Shown here one piece after another: positions 1-9,040 of a DNA stretch of 64,000 bases (position 1 is the stretch's first letter; each line of letters starts with the position of its first letter). The position numbers and the translations under genes were made by a program. The DNA is taken from NCBI GenBank assembly GCA_963777605.1, contig CAVZRV010000007.1, positions 800,001-864,000 on the forward strand, read 5' to 3'. This DNA comes from an uncultured Acidobacteriota bacterium. Its GTDB lineage: Bacteria; Acidobacteriota; UBA6911; RPQK01; JAPXNP01. The notes beneath the pieces are model-generated. The model did not search any database. It was not told the DNA's origin and saw only the letters and a program-made list of their open reading frames with translations.

Positions 1-759
1 TGCAGGACCGGAAAAGAGGGTCCGGACCGGTTCCTGCTCCGCCCATGAGGGGGAGATGGAGCCGCCGTTCGACTGCATGATAGTCAGCGAACCTCTCTGC
101 ACCAGCTCATTCTCACGAAGGGCGGCCAGGTAACGCGACATGATCGGCTGGACATAGGCATTGATGACCGTGGTCGATGTTCGTTCGAATTCCCTGAACT
201 CGGGAATGATGCGGTGAGACAGGGAGATCGGCAGACCAAAGTCGGCCAGGCTCTGTTCGATCCGGTTCTCGCTGTCCGGATTAAGGTAGCTGTACAGCAA
301 GGCGACCGCTATCGCTTCGGGCTTGAGCTGCTGAATCTTCGTCTTGAGCCACTCAAGGCTCTTCTGTTCGAGGGGGATCAATGAACTGCCATCCCAGAGA
401 GTTCTTTCCTTGATCCCGATTCGCTGGCGCTCCGGAACCAGCGGTTCGGGCCGGGAACTGCCCAAGTAATACAGCTCCGGGCGATTCTGCCGACCGATCT
501 CGAGGATGTCCTCAAAGCCCTGGTTGGTGACAAGCACGCACTTGGCCCCCTTTCGCTCGAGAAAGGCGTTGGTTGCGACCGTTGAACCGTGCTGCAGGAG
601 AAATCCTTCGCTGTCACCCACCGATCGGACCACTCCCTCCAACACGGCAAGATGGGGTTGGTTCGGGGTTGACGGGAGCTTGAAGACAGAGAGGGATTCG
701 CCGTCGAAAACTACGAAGTCAGTAAAGGTTCCACCCGTATCTATGCCAATCCTGAGCAT
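1..759 (-). CDS. Hydantoinase/oxoprolinase family protein (N-terminal part; runs off window start)
   Basis: Manual translation from ATG 759: MLRIGIDTGGTFTDFVV...HGSTVATNAFLERKG...EFERTSTTVINAYV...MQSNGG...EPVRTLFSGPA; open to the window edge, so absent from the ORF track. Confidence 0.9.
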   Translation of the reverse strand, partial: MLRIGIDTGGTFTDFVVFDGESLSVFKLPSTPNQPHLAVLEGVVRSVGDSEGFLLQHGSTVATNAFLERKGAKCVLVTNQGFEDILEIGRQNRPELYYLGSSRPEPLVPERQRIGIKERTLWDGSSLIPLEQKSLEWLKTKIQQLKPEAIAVALLYSYLNPDSENRIEQSLADFGLPISLSHRIIPEFREFERTSTTVINAYVQPIMSRYLAALRENELVQRGSLTIMQSNGGSISPSWAEQEPVRTLFSGPA

Positions 760-785
760 AAGGACCCTGCGCTTTCCTTTGTGAA

Positions 786-794
786 TGTTAGAAT
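786..794 (+). promoter_or_regulatory. Putative extended -10 promoter (TGtTAGAAT) for the ntrY/ntrX-like operon
   Basis: TGn-TAGAAT in an AT-richer intergenic region about 105 nt before ATG 900. Confidence 0.45.
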
Positions 795-899
795 ACGAGA
801 ACATAACATGAAGCGCTGTGTAAATTCACAGTCAGCCGCGGTAGCGGACCTTATGGTCGAGCGCCTGTTGGCGATCTCTATGAGCCTGACAGGACGAAA

Positions 900-3129
900 A
901 TGACACGCCACAAACTCCTCGGAAGGATCATCTGGACTTCTGCCGCACTGCTTGCCCTGGTGCTCGCATTCCTGGTGAGTGTCATCTTCCTGAACCCTTC
1001 GTCGGTGGGAAACCGTGACTTCCTGTGGAACTTCAACTTCTGGGCATCGATGTGGGCGATGCTGTTCGTGCTGGTCCTGGTCCTGGCCGTAGTGCTCGCA
1101 CGCTATCTGATCCGGCTCTTCTTTGAATACCAGGCCGGTTATCCCGGTTCGCGCATCAAGACGAAGCTGGTCCTGACCTTCGTCATCTTTGCTCTCTTTC
1201 CCGCACTGATCATGGCGTTCCTGGCTTTCGGACTGATCAACCAGAACTTGACGACCTGGGTCAGCGCCCCTTCCGAGCAACTACTCTCGGCTTCCGGAAC
1301 CATCTCCCAGGACTACTATGCCGAGAAAGAGCGACGCCTGCTGGCCGAAGCCCGCGATCTGAGCAAGGCGGTTCGGGACGGAAGCCAGTCCCTCGAGCAA
1401 GTCTTCAGTCGCGCTCACTCTCTTGGCTTTGAGGGTATGGCCCTGATCGAACCGTCCGGCAAGGCCCAGGGTACGTTCGGCCGGTTCCCGACCCCTTCGC
1501 CACCCGAAGTGGATCGACAGGTCGAACAGGGCGCTGTCCTTCTACCACCTCGATCCGGGCGTGAACACCGGCTCTCTGATCGAAGACCGGATCTGGCTTT
1601 CCGTTGCGCTCGACCCGGGCTCGACGGACCGGGGAGAGATGCTGCTGCTCTACTCCCAGATTCCCAACAGCGTCGCTTTTCAGCTCAGCAACGTAGCTGA
1701 GGCCAACCGGGTCTACTCGGGGCTCAAGGGGACCCTGGTCTCGCTTCGCTTCACCTACATCCTGATCCTGACCGTCACCACCCTGGCCGTCGTTTTCGGC
1801 TTCGTCTGGCTCGGCAACTACATTGCTCGCAAGCTGACTGTTCCTCTTGAAGCCCTCGCCAAGGGCTCCATGGAACTGGCCGAAGGTAACCTGGACCACC
1901 GGGTCGAGGTTGCGGCGGTGGACGAACTGCGCATCGTGGTGGATTCATTCAACACGATGGCCGACGAGCTACGGGAGAATCGGCGACAGGTCGAGGCAAC
2001 CAACGATGAGTTGCGCCGAACCAACATTCACCTCGACGAACGTCGGCGCTACATCGAGACGGTCCTTCAGAACATTGCAACGGGAGTCATCACGCTCGAC
2101 CAGTACGACATGGTCCGAACAGCCAATAACTCCGCCTTGAAGATGCTCCAGCGCGCGGCCCGGGACACGGTCAACCAGCCCCTGACGAAGGTGGTCAGCG
2201 AAGTGATGTGCCAGGAACTGCTCGACATGAAACAGCGGGCAGGCCTCTATGGGACCTATCGCAAGCAGCTAACGATCGAACGGCCCGTCGGCCAGCTCTA
2301 CGTTGCCGCCACGATGACCATCAACGCCCTCGATGCGGGAGTCGAGTACCTGGTGGTTCTCGACGACCTGACCGAGTTGATCCGGGCCGAGAAGTTCGCC
2401 GCCTGGCAGGAAGTCGCCCGCCGCCTGGCGCATGAGATCAAGAATCCACTGACCCCGATTCAACTGTCGACCGAACGCATCGAACGTCGATTCTCCCGCT
2501 TGGCGCCACTGCTGCCTGATATCGTGGAGGTCGAGGGATTTCAGCAGGTTCTCTCTGAGGCTTCCCGGATCATTTCAATGGAATCGCGAATCCTCAAGAA
2601 CCTCCTCTCCGAGTTCTCCCGCTTTGCCCGGCTGCCCATGTTCAAACCGGAGCGGGTGGACCTGCACTTCCTGTTGGACGAAGCCATAAAACGCTACGAC
2701 GACAGCCTCTCCTCGGTCCGGATGACCAAGACCCTCGATCCCGGGATCTCCGCAATCTGGGCCGACCCGGAGCAACTCCAGCGGGTCTTCGTGAATCTGA
2801 TCGACAATTCCCTCGATGCACTGGTCGATGAACCAGACCGTGCAATCGACATTCGCACCACCTTGAACTCGACCAGGAAGTCCGTAAGCATTGAGTTTTC
2901 GGACACGGGGCACGGCATTGCGGCGGAAGATTTTGAACACCTGTTCCTCCCCTATTTCTCGACCAAGAAGAAGGGTACCGGGTTGGGTTTAGCCATAGTT
3001 CGCCAGATTGTCTCCGAACACGGCGGTTTCATAAGGGCCGAGCGCAACCTGCCCAGAGGCACGCGGATCACCATGGAAATTCCAATTGACGGACAAGCAG
3101 CACATGCGATCCAGGATTCTGATAGTTGA
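900..3129 (+). pseudogene. NtrY-like membrane sensor histidine kinase (TM, HAMP, PAS, HisKA, HATPase), split by a frameshift near 1520-1540; may be a sequencing error
   Basis: ORF 900..1700 has N-terminal TMs with GSRIKTKLV; ORF 1561..3129 has HAMP, PAS, AWQEVARRLAHEIKNPLTPIQLS and GTGLGL. Joined length about 742 aa. Confidence 0.8.
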
Positions 3130-4447
3130 CGACGAACCGAACGTAAGAGCATCGATGGAAGCCATCCTGCGGGATGAAGGCTTTGCGGTGGACTCGGTTC
3201 CCACGGGGGAGGAGTGCCTCAGGGTCGTTGAGAAACGTGCCTACGACGTCGCATTTCTGGACGTCTGGCTTCCCGGCAAGGACGGAATCGAGATCCTCTC
3301 GGAGCTCAAAGCCAAGTGCCCGGGACTGTACGTCATCATGATTTCTGGCCACGCATCGATCGAGACGGCAGTAAAATCGACCAAGCTGGGAGCTTTCGAT
3401 TTCATTGAGAAACCGCTCTCACTCGAGAAAATCTACCTCGTCCTGGAACACGCCCTCGAACAGATTCGATTGGAGAATGAGAACGAGAACCTCAAGGAGA
3501 TCCTCCGGCGCGATAACCTCATGATCGGCACCTCGGTTCCGATGCAGGCGCTCCGGCAGCAGATTCGTTATGCAGCGCCCACCGAGGGAAGGATCCTGAT
3601 CTTCGGTGAGAACGGGACCGGAAAAGAGCTGGTAGCTCGCCTCGTTCACCTGCAAAGCCAGCGACGGGACCGGCCGTTCATCGAGGTCAACTGTGCCGCT
3701 ATCCCGGAAGAACTGATCGAAAGCGAACTGCTGGGCAGCGTCAAGGGCGCTTACACCGGCGCGACGGAAACCCGCAAGGGGAAATTTGAGTTGGCCGACC
3801 AGGGCACCCTGTTCCTCGACGAAATTGGGGACATGAGCCTGAAAACCCAGGCCAAGGTCCTCCGTGTCCTCGAGGAACAGCGCTTCTCTCCGGTTGGCAG
3901 CAACCAGATCGTCGAAGTAGACGTGCGGGTCATTGCGGCCACCAATCAGAACCTCGAACAGAAGATAGAAGAAGGAACTTTCCGCGAGGACCTCTTTTTT
4001 CGCCTGAACGTCATCCCATTTGAAGTTCCTCCCCTGCGGCAGCGCAGGGAGGACGTGCCGCTGCTGGTCGACTACTTCATGGAGCACTTCTCTCGACAAT
4101 ACGGCCGGGAACCCAAGGCGGTCGAATCTGATGCCTTGGAGTATCTGAAGAACTACGCCTGGCCCGGCAATGTCCGGGAGCTCAAGAACATCGTCGAACG
4201 GCTGGTGATCATGCTCCCGCGGGAGGAAATTCGCCTGATCGACTTGCCGGTTTCGTTGCTCAAGGCAGGTCCGGACGAGGGAGACGGCGGGCGGGCCAAC
4301 TGGCAGCGCGCCCGGGAGGGATTCGAGCGCGACTTCCTCCTGAGGAGCCTCCAGGACAATGACGGCAACATCTCCAAGACTGCCGCGGCGATCGGGATGG
4401 AACGCAGCCACCTTTACCGAAAACTCAAGAATTTCAACCTGAAGTAG
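3104..4447 (+). CDS. NtrX/NtrC-like sigma54-dependent response regulator (REC-AAA+-HTH)
   Basis: ILIVDDE, FLDVWLPG, GENGTGKE, GAYTGA, LFLDEIGDM, WPGNVREL, C-terminal Fis-type HTH; overlaps the kinase 3' end. Confidence 0.92.
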   Translation: MRSRILIVDDEPNVRASMEAILRDEGFAVDSVPTGEECLRVVEKRAYDVAFLDVWLPGKDGIEILSELKAKCPGLYVIMISGHASIETAVKSTKLGAFDFIEKPLSLEKIYLVLEHALEQIRLENENENLKEILRRDNLMIGTSVPMQALRQQIRYAAPTEGRILIFGENGTGKELVARLVHLQSQRRDRPFIEVNCAAIPEELIESELLGSVKGAYTGATETRKGKFELADQGTLFLDEIGDMSLKTQAKVLRVLEEQRFSPVGSNQIVEVDVRVIAATNQNLEQKIEEGTFREDLFFRLNVIPFEVPPLRQRREDVPLLVDYFMEHFSRQYGREPKAVESDALEYLKNYAWPGNVRELKNIVERLVIMLPREEIRLIDLPVSLLKAGPDEGDGGRANWQRAREGFERDFLLRSLQDNDGNISKTAAAIGMERSHLYRKLKNFNLK

Positions 4448-4484
4448 TCACAAGAGACGCCGTCACCCCGGGGTTGATAAGCTG

Positions 4485-5396
4485 GTGAGCGTGCAACGCC
4501 TCGTCAACGAGTTCCTTGACTACGTAAAGTACGGGCGCAATTACTCGGCCCGGACGGTCTCTGCCTACCGCCGAGACTTGTCCGAGTTTCTCGCTCACCT
4601 TGGACAGGGGGCCGAGAACATCTCTCCGAGCCAACTCGACCACATCACGATCCGGGACTTCCTCGCCGAGTTGCAGGCACGTGGCAACTGCCGCTCTTCT
4701 GCGGCCCGCAAGCTCGCGGCCGTTCGTTCATTTTTCAAGTTCCTCCATCGGGAGGGGTACATCGCCCGGAATCCGGCCCGACTGGTGCGCACCCCTCGCC
4801 AACCTTCGCGCGATCCCCAGTTGCTGACGGAGAAGCAGATCGTAATGATCCTCGAACTGCCCGACTCCAAAACCCCCTTGGGACGGCGCGACCGTGCCAT
4901 GTTGGAACTCCTCTACGCAACAGGCATTCGGGTTTCTGAGATGACTTCCCTGAACCTGGCCGATTGCTCCCTTGGCGACCGACTGCTCAAGGTGCGAGGA
5001 AAAGGGGCCAAGGAACGCATCGTCCCGTTCGGCGAGCCTGCCCGATTGACCCTGGACGATTACCTTCCCGCCCGATCCGGCATCCTTTTGAAGGCCCGCT
5101 CGGCCACGGAACCTGAGGCGCTCTTTCTCAACGCTCGGGGAGGACGCATCACAGCCCGATCGGTTGAGCGAATCCTGCGGGATTATGCTCTACGCGGCGC
5201 CACGCTGCTTCACGTCCACCCACACCTGTTTCGGCACTCCTTCGCAACCCATCTCCTTAACCGGGGTGCCGACCTCCGTGCCATCCAGGAACTCCTCGGG
5301 CACGAAAGTCTGTCCACAACCCAGAAGTACACCCACTTGGCCCTCGACGAACTCCTGCGTGCTTACCGGAGTGCCCACCCCCGGGCTGGACGGTAA
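4485..5396 (+). CDS. xerC: Tyrosine recombinase XerC
   Basis: RDRAMLELLYATGIRVSE, GKGAKER, HPHLFRHSFATHLL, QELLGHESLSTTQKYTH; 303 aa. Confidence 0.85.
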   Translation: MSVQRLVNEFLDYVKYGRNYSARTVSAYRRDLSEFLAHLGQGAENISPSQLDHITIRDFLAELQARGNCRSSAARKLAAVRSFFKFLHREGYIARNPARLVRTPRQPSRDPQLLTEKQIVMILELPDSKTPLGRRDRAMLELLYATGIRVSEMTSLNLADCSLGDRLLKVRGKGAKERIVPFGEPARLTLDDYLPARSGILLKARSATEPEALFLNARGGRITARSVERILRDYALRGATLLHVHPHLFRHSFATHLLNRGADLRAIQELLGHESLSTTQKYTHLALDELLRAYRSAHPRAGR

Positions 5397-5470
5397 GCCG
5401 ACAAACTGATAAGCTCCCGTCTTAGTACGGAGCGAAGCCACCCCCCGGGCTCGGTAACTTGAGCTCTGGC

Positions 5471-5499
5471 TAGACTTCCCTTTTCATTTCTGCTAGATT
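5471..5499 (+). promoter_or_regulatory. Putative sigma70 promoter of rpsO
   Basis: TAGACT-N17-TAGATT with TG extension, 45 nt before the rpsO start. Confidence 0.5.
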
Positions 5500-5543
5500 T
5501 ACGTTTTTTGCACGAGCTGAAACAGGAGCGTTTGTAGATAGAG

Positions 5544-5810
5544 ATGCTGACGAAAGACAAGAAAATCGAAATCGTAGGTGAGTTTCGACAGCACGATTCG
5601 GACACCGGGTCCCCCGAAGTTCAGGTCGCGTTGCTCAGCGAGCGGATTCGGGAGTTGACTGAGCACTTCAAGGTGCACAAAAAGGACTACCACTCCCGGC
5701 GGGGTCTGCTGAAACTGGTTGGTCGTCGGAGACGGTTACTCGATTACTTGAAGAAGCACGATTTCGCCCGTTACAAGGAAGTGATCGAGCGGCTCGGCAT
5801 CCGTAAGTAA
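5544..5810 (+). CDS. rpsO: 30S ribosomal protein S15
   Basis: [16 protein letters not shown]...[25 protein letters not shown]; 88 aa; upstream of pnp. Confidence 0.99.
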   Translation: MLTKDKKIEIVGEFRQHDSDTGSPEVQVALLSERIRELTEHFKVHKKDYHSRRGLLKLVGRRRRLLDYLKKHDFARYKEVIERLGIRK

Positions 5811-6054
5811 CCGGTTCCCTATTTCGGGCTCGTGATGAACCGGTTTCATCATAAGGAAGCCTGGCTAGCGTTGAATATGCCGTGACGTCTACATCTGTCA
5901 GATATCCTTCCCCTTCCGAGTCACCACGCTTCAGCTTTCTTTCAAACAGTTATTCGAGGTTCTCCATGTTAGAAGAGGCCGGTATCGATACCAGTCTCTC
6001 TCCAATTCAACTCGGAGACCCATCCATAATCAGTGAATAGTCGGAGGTATATCA

Positions 6055-8253
6055 ATGGTTCACAGAATTAGCGTCACCGTCGGGTCTCGCGAGCTTTCAA
6101 TCGAGACCGGCAGGCTGGCCAAGCAGGCTCACGGTTCGGCATTGGTTCAATGCGGGGATACCGTGGTCCTGGCCACAGCCTGTGCAGACAAGAAACCCAG
6201 GCCCGATTGCGATTTTCTCCCTTTGACCTGTGATTACAGGGAGTACACTTACGCGGCCGGCAAAATCCCCGGCGGCTTTTTCAAGCGGGAAGGGCGCCCC
6301 TCGGAACGAGAGATTCTGGTGTGCCGCCTGATCGACAGGCCTATCCGGCCGCTGTTCCCGTCCAACTATCACCAGGAATCGCAGGTTATCGCGGCCGTAC
6401 TTTCCGCTGAGCCCGACGTCAATCCCGACGTTCTGGCGCTCAACGGGGCATCCGCCGCTCTCTATGCTTCTGAGATCCCGTTTCACAACCCGATCGGTGC
6501 CGTTCGGGTGGGACTCGTCAACGACGAACTGGTCCTGAACCCGGACGTCGAAGAAATGAGTTCGAGCCGTCTTGATCTCGTCGTTGTCGGCACGAAGAAA
6601 GCGATCGTGATGGTGGAGGCCGGAGCCCAGGAAGTCTCCGAAGACAAGGTCCTCGAGGCCCTCGAACTCGCCCACGACGCGATCAAGTCGATCGTTGCCG
6701 CAATCGAGGAACTTGCCGCCAAGGTCGGCAAAGTGAAGTGGGACGTCCCCGAGCTGGTTTTCGACGCGGAAGTCGAAAAGATCGTAAGCGAGAAGGCGCC
6801 GGCCGGGATCAAAGAAGCCCTGGCCATTCAGGACAAGCTCTCCAGCTACCAGAAGATGGATGCCCACAAGGAAGCGATCCTGTCGCTCTTTTCCGAAGAA
6901 GAACCCGAGAAGCGGAGCCAGGCCGGAATGATTTTCGGCCGGATTAAGGAACAGGTGTTCCGGTCGAATCTTCTCAATGACAGGGTCCGGCCGGACCAGC
7001 GCAAGTTCGATGAGATCCGACCGATCTCCTCGGAGGTCGGCATCCTTCCCCGAACTCACGGGTCGGCAATCTTCACTCGAGGTGAAACCCAGGCGCTCGT
7101 AACCGTGACACTCGGGACGGGAGAAGACGAGCAACGGCTCGACAATCTGTCCGGTGAGTCCACCAAGCGCTTCATGCTGCATTACAATTTTCCTCCCTTC
7201 AGCGTGGGAGAGGTCCGGTTCCTGAGAGGGCCCGGACGGCGGGAAATCGGCCACGGCGCCCTGGCGGAGCGGGCGATTCTTCCGGTCCTTCCCGGAGACG
7301 AAGAGTTCCCCTACACTGTCCGGATCGTCTCCGACATCCTGGAGTCCAACGGCTCCTCTTCGATGGCTTCCGTCTGCGGCGGCATCATGGCACTGCAGGA
7401 TGCCGGTGTTACCATCCGCCGTCCAATCGCCGGCATCGCGATGGGCCTGGTGAAGGAGGATGAGAAGTACGCGATCCTTTCCGACATCGCCGGATTTGAA
7501 GACCATTACGGCGACATGGATTTCAAGGTCGCCGGCTCTTCTGAAGGAATCACCGCGCTTCAGATGGATATCAAGATTGAAGGCGTTACCCGTGAAATCA
7601 TGGGGCAGGCACTCGAGCAGGCCCGGGTCGGACGGCTGTTCATTCTCGATCGGATGGCGGCAACAATCGCCGAGTCCCGCACGGCTCTGTCGCCTTTCGC
7701 CCCGCAGGTCTACACCATCATGATCCCGACCGACAAGATCGGTGCGGTGATCGGACCAGGCGGGAAGGTTATCCGGGCTCTCGTCGAAGAGACCGGGACC
7801 AAGATCGACATCGAAGACGACGGACGGGTTCGAATTGCCGCGACGGACGAGGCTTCGGCGCAAAAAGCAATTGCCCGGATCGAAGAGATCACTGCGGTTC
7901 CCCAGGTTGACAAAACCTATCTCGGGAAGGTGGTCAAGGTGGTCGATTTCGGTGCCTTCGTGGAGATTTTCCCCGGCACCGAGGGACTGCTCCACATCTC
8001 GGAAATCGCAGAGCGGAGAATTCAGGACATTCGACAGGAAGTCCATCCCGGCGACAAGATCCTGGTCAAGGTCATTGGAATTGACAATAACAACAAGATC
8101 CGACTGAGTCGCAAGGCGGTGCTGGCAGAGCAGCGGGGCGAAGGTTCGCTTGAGTTGCAGGAAGAAAGGCATCGTTCCGACGATTCAGATCAGGATCAGC
8201 CTCGGGGGGAGCGTCCTCGTTCCCATCGGGATCGACGCCCGACGCGGTCATGA
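6055..8253 (+). CDS. pnp: Polyribonucleotide nucleotidyltransferase (PNPase)
   Basis: [52 protein letters not shown] and S1 domains. Confidence 0.99.
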   Translation: MVHRISVTVGSRELSIETGRLAKQAHGSALVQCGDTVVLATACADKKPRPDCDFLPLTCDYREYTYAAGKIPGGFFKREGRPSEREILVCRLIDRPIRPLFPSNYHQESQVIAAVLSAEPDVNPDVLALNGASAALYASEIPFHNPIGAVRVGLVNDELVLNPDVEEMSSSRLDLVVVGTKKAIVMVEAGAQEVSEDKVLEALELAHDAIKSIVAAIEELAAKVGKVKWDVPELVFDAEVEKIVSEKAPAGIKEALAIQDKLSSYQKMDAHKEAILSLFSEEEPEKRSQAGMIFGRIKEQVFRSNLLNDRVRPDQRKFDEIRPISSEVGILPRTHGSAIFTRGETQALVTVTLGTGEDEQRLDNLSGESTKRFMLHYNFPPFSVGEVRFLRGPGRREIGHGALAERAILPVLPGDEEFPYTVRIVSDILESNGSSSMASVCGGIMALQDAGVTIRRPIAGIAMGLVKEDEKYAILSDIAGFEDHYGDMDFKVAGSSEGITALQMDIKIEGVTREIMGQALEQARVGRLFILDRMAATIAESRTALSPFAPQVYTIMIPTDKIGAVIGPGGKVIRALVEETGTKIDIEDDGRVRIAATDEASAQKAIARIEEITAVPQVDKTYLGKVVKVVDFGAFVEIFPGTEGLLHISEIAERRIQDIRQEVHPGDKILVKVIGIDNNNKIRLSRKAVLAEQRGEGSLELQEERHRSDDSDQDQPRGERPRSHRDRRPTRS

Positions 8254-9008
8254 TTCCAGAACGGCTGCGGCAGGCACTCGAGGACTTCCGAAGCGGTCAA
8301 CTGCCGCTCGAGGAGTTGGAGTGCCTGCTCGAGGCAATGCCCTTTCAGGACTTGGGCTTCGCCAGGGTTGACCACCATCGTGCGTTGCGCCATGGATTTC
8401 CCGAGGTGATTTTCGGAAAAGGAAAGACCCTCGAACAGATCGTCCGCATCGCCGATGCAATTCTCGACCGCAGCCCCAATCTCCTGATCACCCGGGCAAG
8501 TCAGGAGGTCTCCTCCGCAATTCAGGGGAAGTACCCTGAAGCCTCTTTCCACAAGAATTGCCTTGCTATCACGGTGATCCGGAGCCCCCAAATCGTGGGT
8601 CGGGGCCCGATCGGCGTGGTCTCCGCCGGCACCGCCGATATTCCCGTCGCCGAAGAGGCGATGGTGACGGCGTCCGCGATGGGCAATGAGCTGCTCTCCT
8701 GGTATGACGTCGGCGTGGCAGGGATTCATCGTATTCTGAGCGAAGTGGAACGGCTGCGGAAGTGCAGTGTCGTCATTGCCGTTGCCGGGATGGAAGGCGC
8801 TCTCCCGAGCGTAATCGGAGGGCTGGTGGAAGTTCCAGTCATTGCGGTTCCTACCAGTGTCGGCTACGGCGCCTCCTTCGGAGGACTGGCTGCACTGCTC
8901 GGGATGCTCAACAGCTGCTCCTCAAACGTGACTGTGGTCAATATCGACAACGGATTCGGGGCGGGCTACGTGGCCAGTCTGATCAACCGCCGCCGGTCCG
9001 GCGAATAG
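8250..9008 (+). CDS. larB: Nickel pincer cofactor biosynthesis protein LarB (AIR carboxylase-like)
   Basis: [75 protein letters not shown]. Confidence 0.92.
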   Translation: MIPERLRQALEDFRSGQLPLEELECLLEAMPFQDLGFARVDHHRALRHGFPEVIFGKGKTLEQIVRIADAILDRSPNLLITRASQEVSSAIQGKYPEASFHKNCLAITVIRSPQIVGRGPIGVVSAGTADIPVAEEAMVTASAMGNELLSWYDVGVAGIHRILSEVERLRKCSVVIAVAGMEGALPSVIGGLVEVPVIAVPTSVGYGASFGGLAALLGMLNSCSSNVTVVNIDNGFGAGYVASLINRRRSGE

Positions 9009-9040
9009 TCTCCTTTCCCCCTGGAGGCCAGGTTCGCCCA

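Noticed and set aside
4485-5396. Tyrosine recombinase as a prophage or island integrase
   Set aside because: Size and motifs match housekeeping XerC; flanks are core genes; no att repeats or phage genes seen
6097-8172. 691-aa antisense ORF over pnp (similarly 13273-14913 over rpoD, 40758-42140 over GMC, 51488-52178 over groEL, 54865-55962 over smc)
   Set aside because: Shadow ORFs expected from codon bias in GC-rich genes; no recognisable motifs, and the opposite strand carries clear conserved genes
8762-9040. 93-aa N-terminal extension of MutS2 in the ORF track
   Set aside because: Overlaps larB; the MutS2-like start is ATG 9041. Similar over-extensions were trimmed for ParA, the DUF1189-like gene, PfkB, YraN and NhaA
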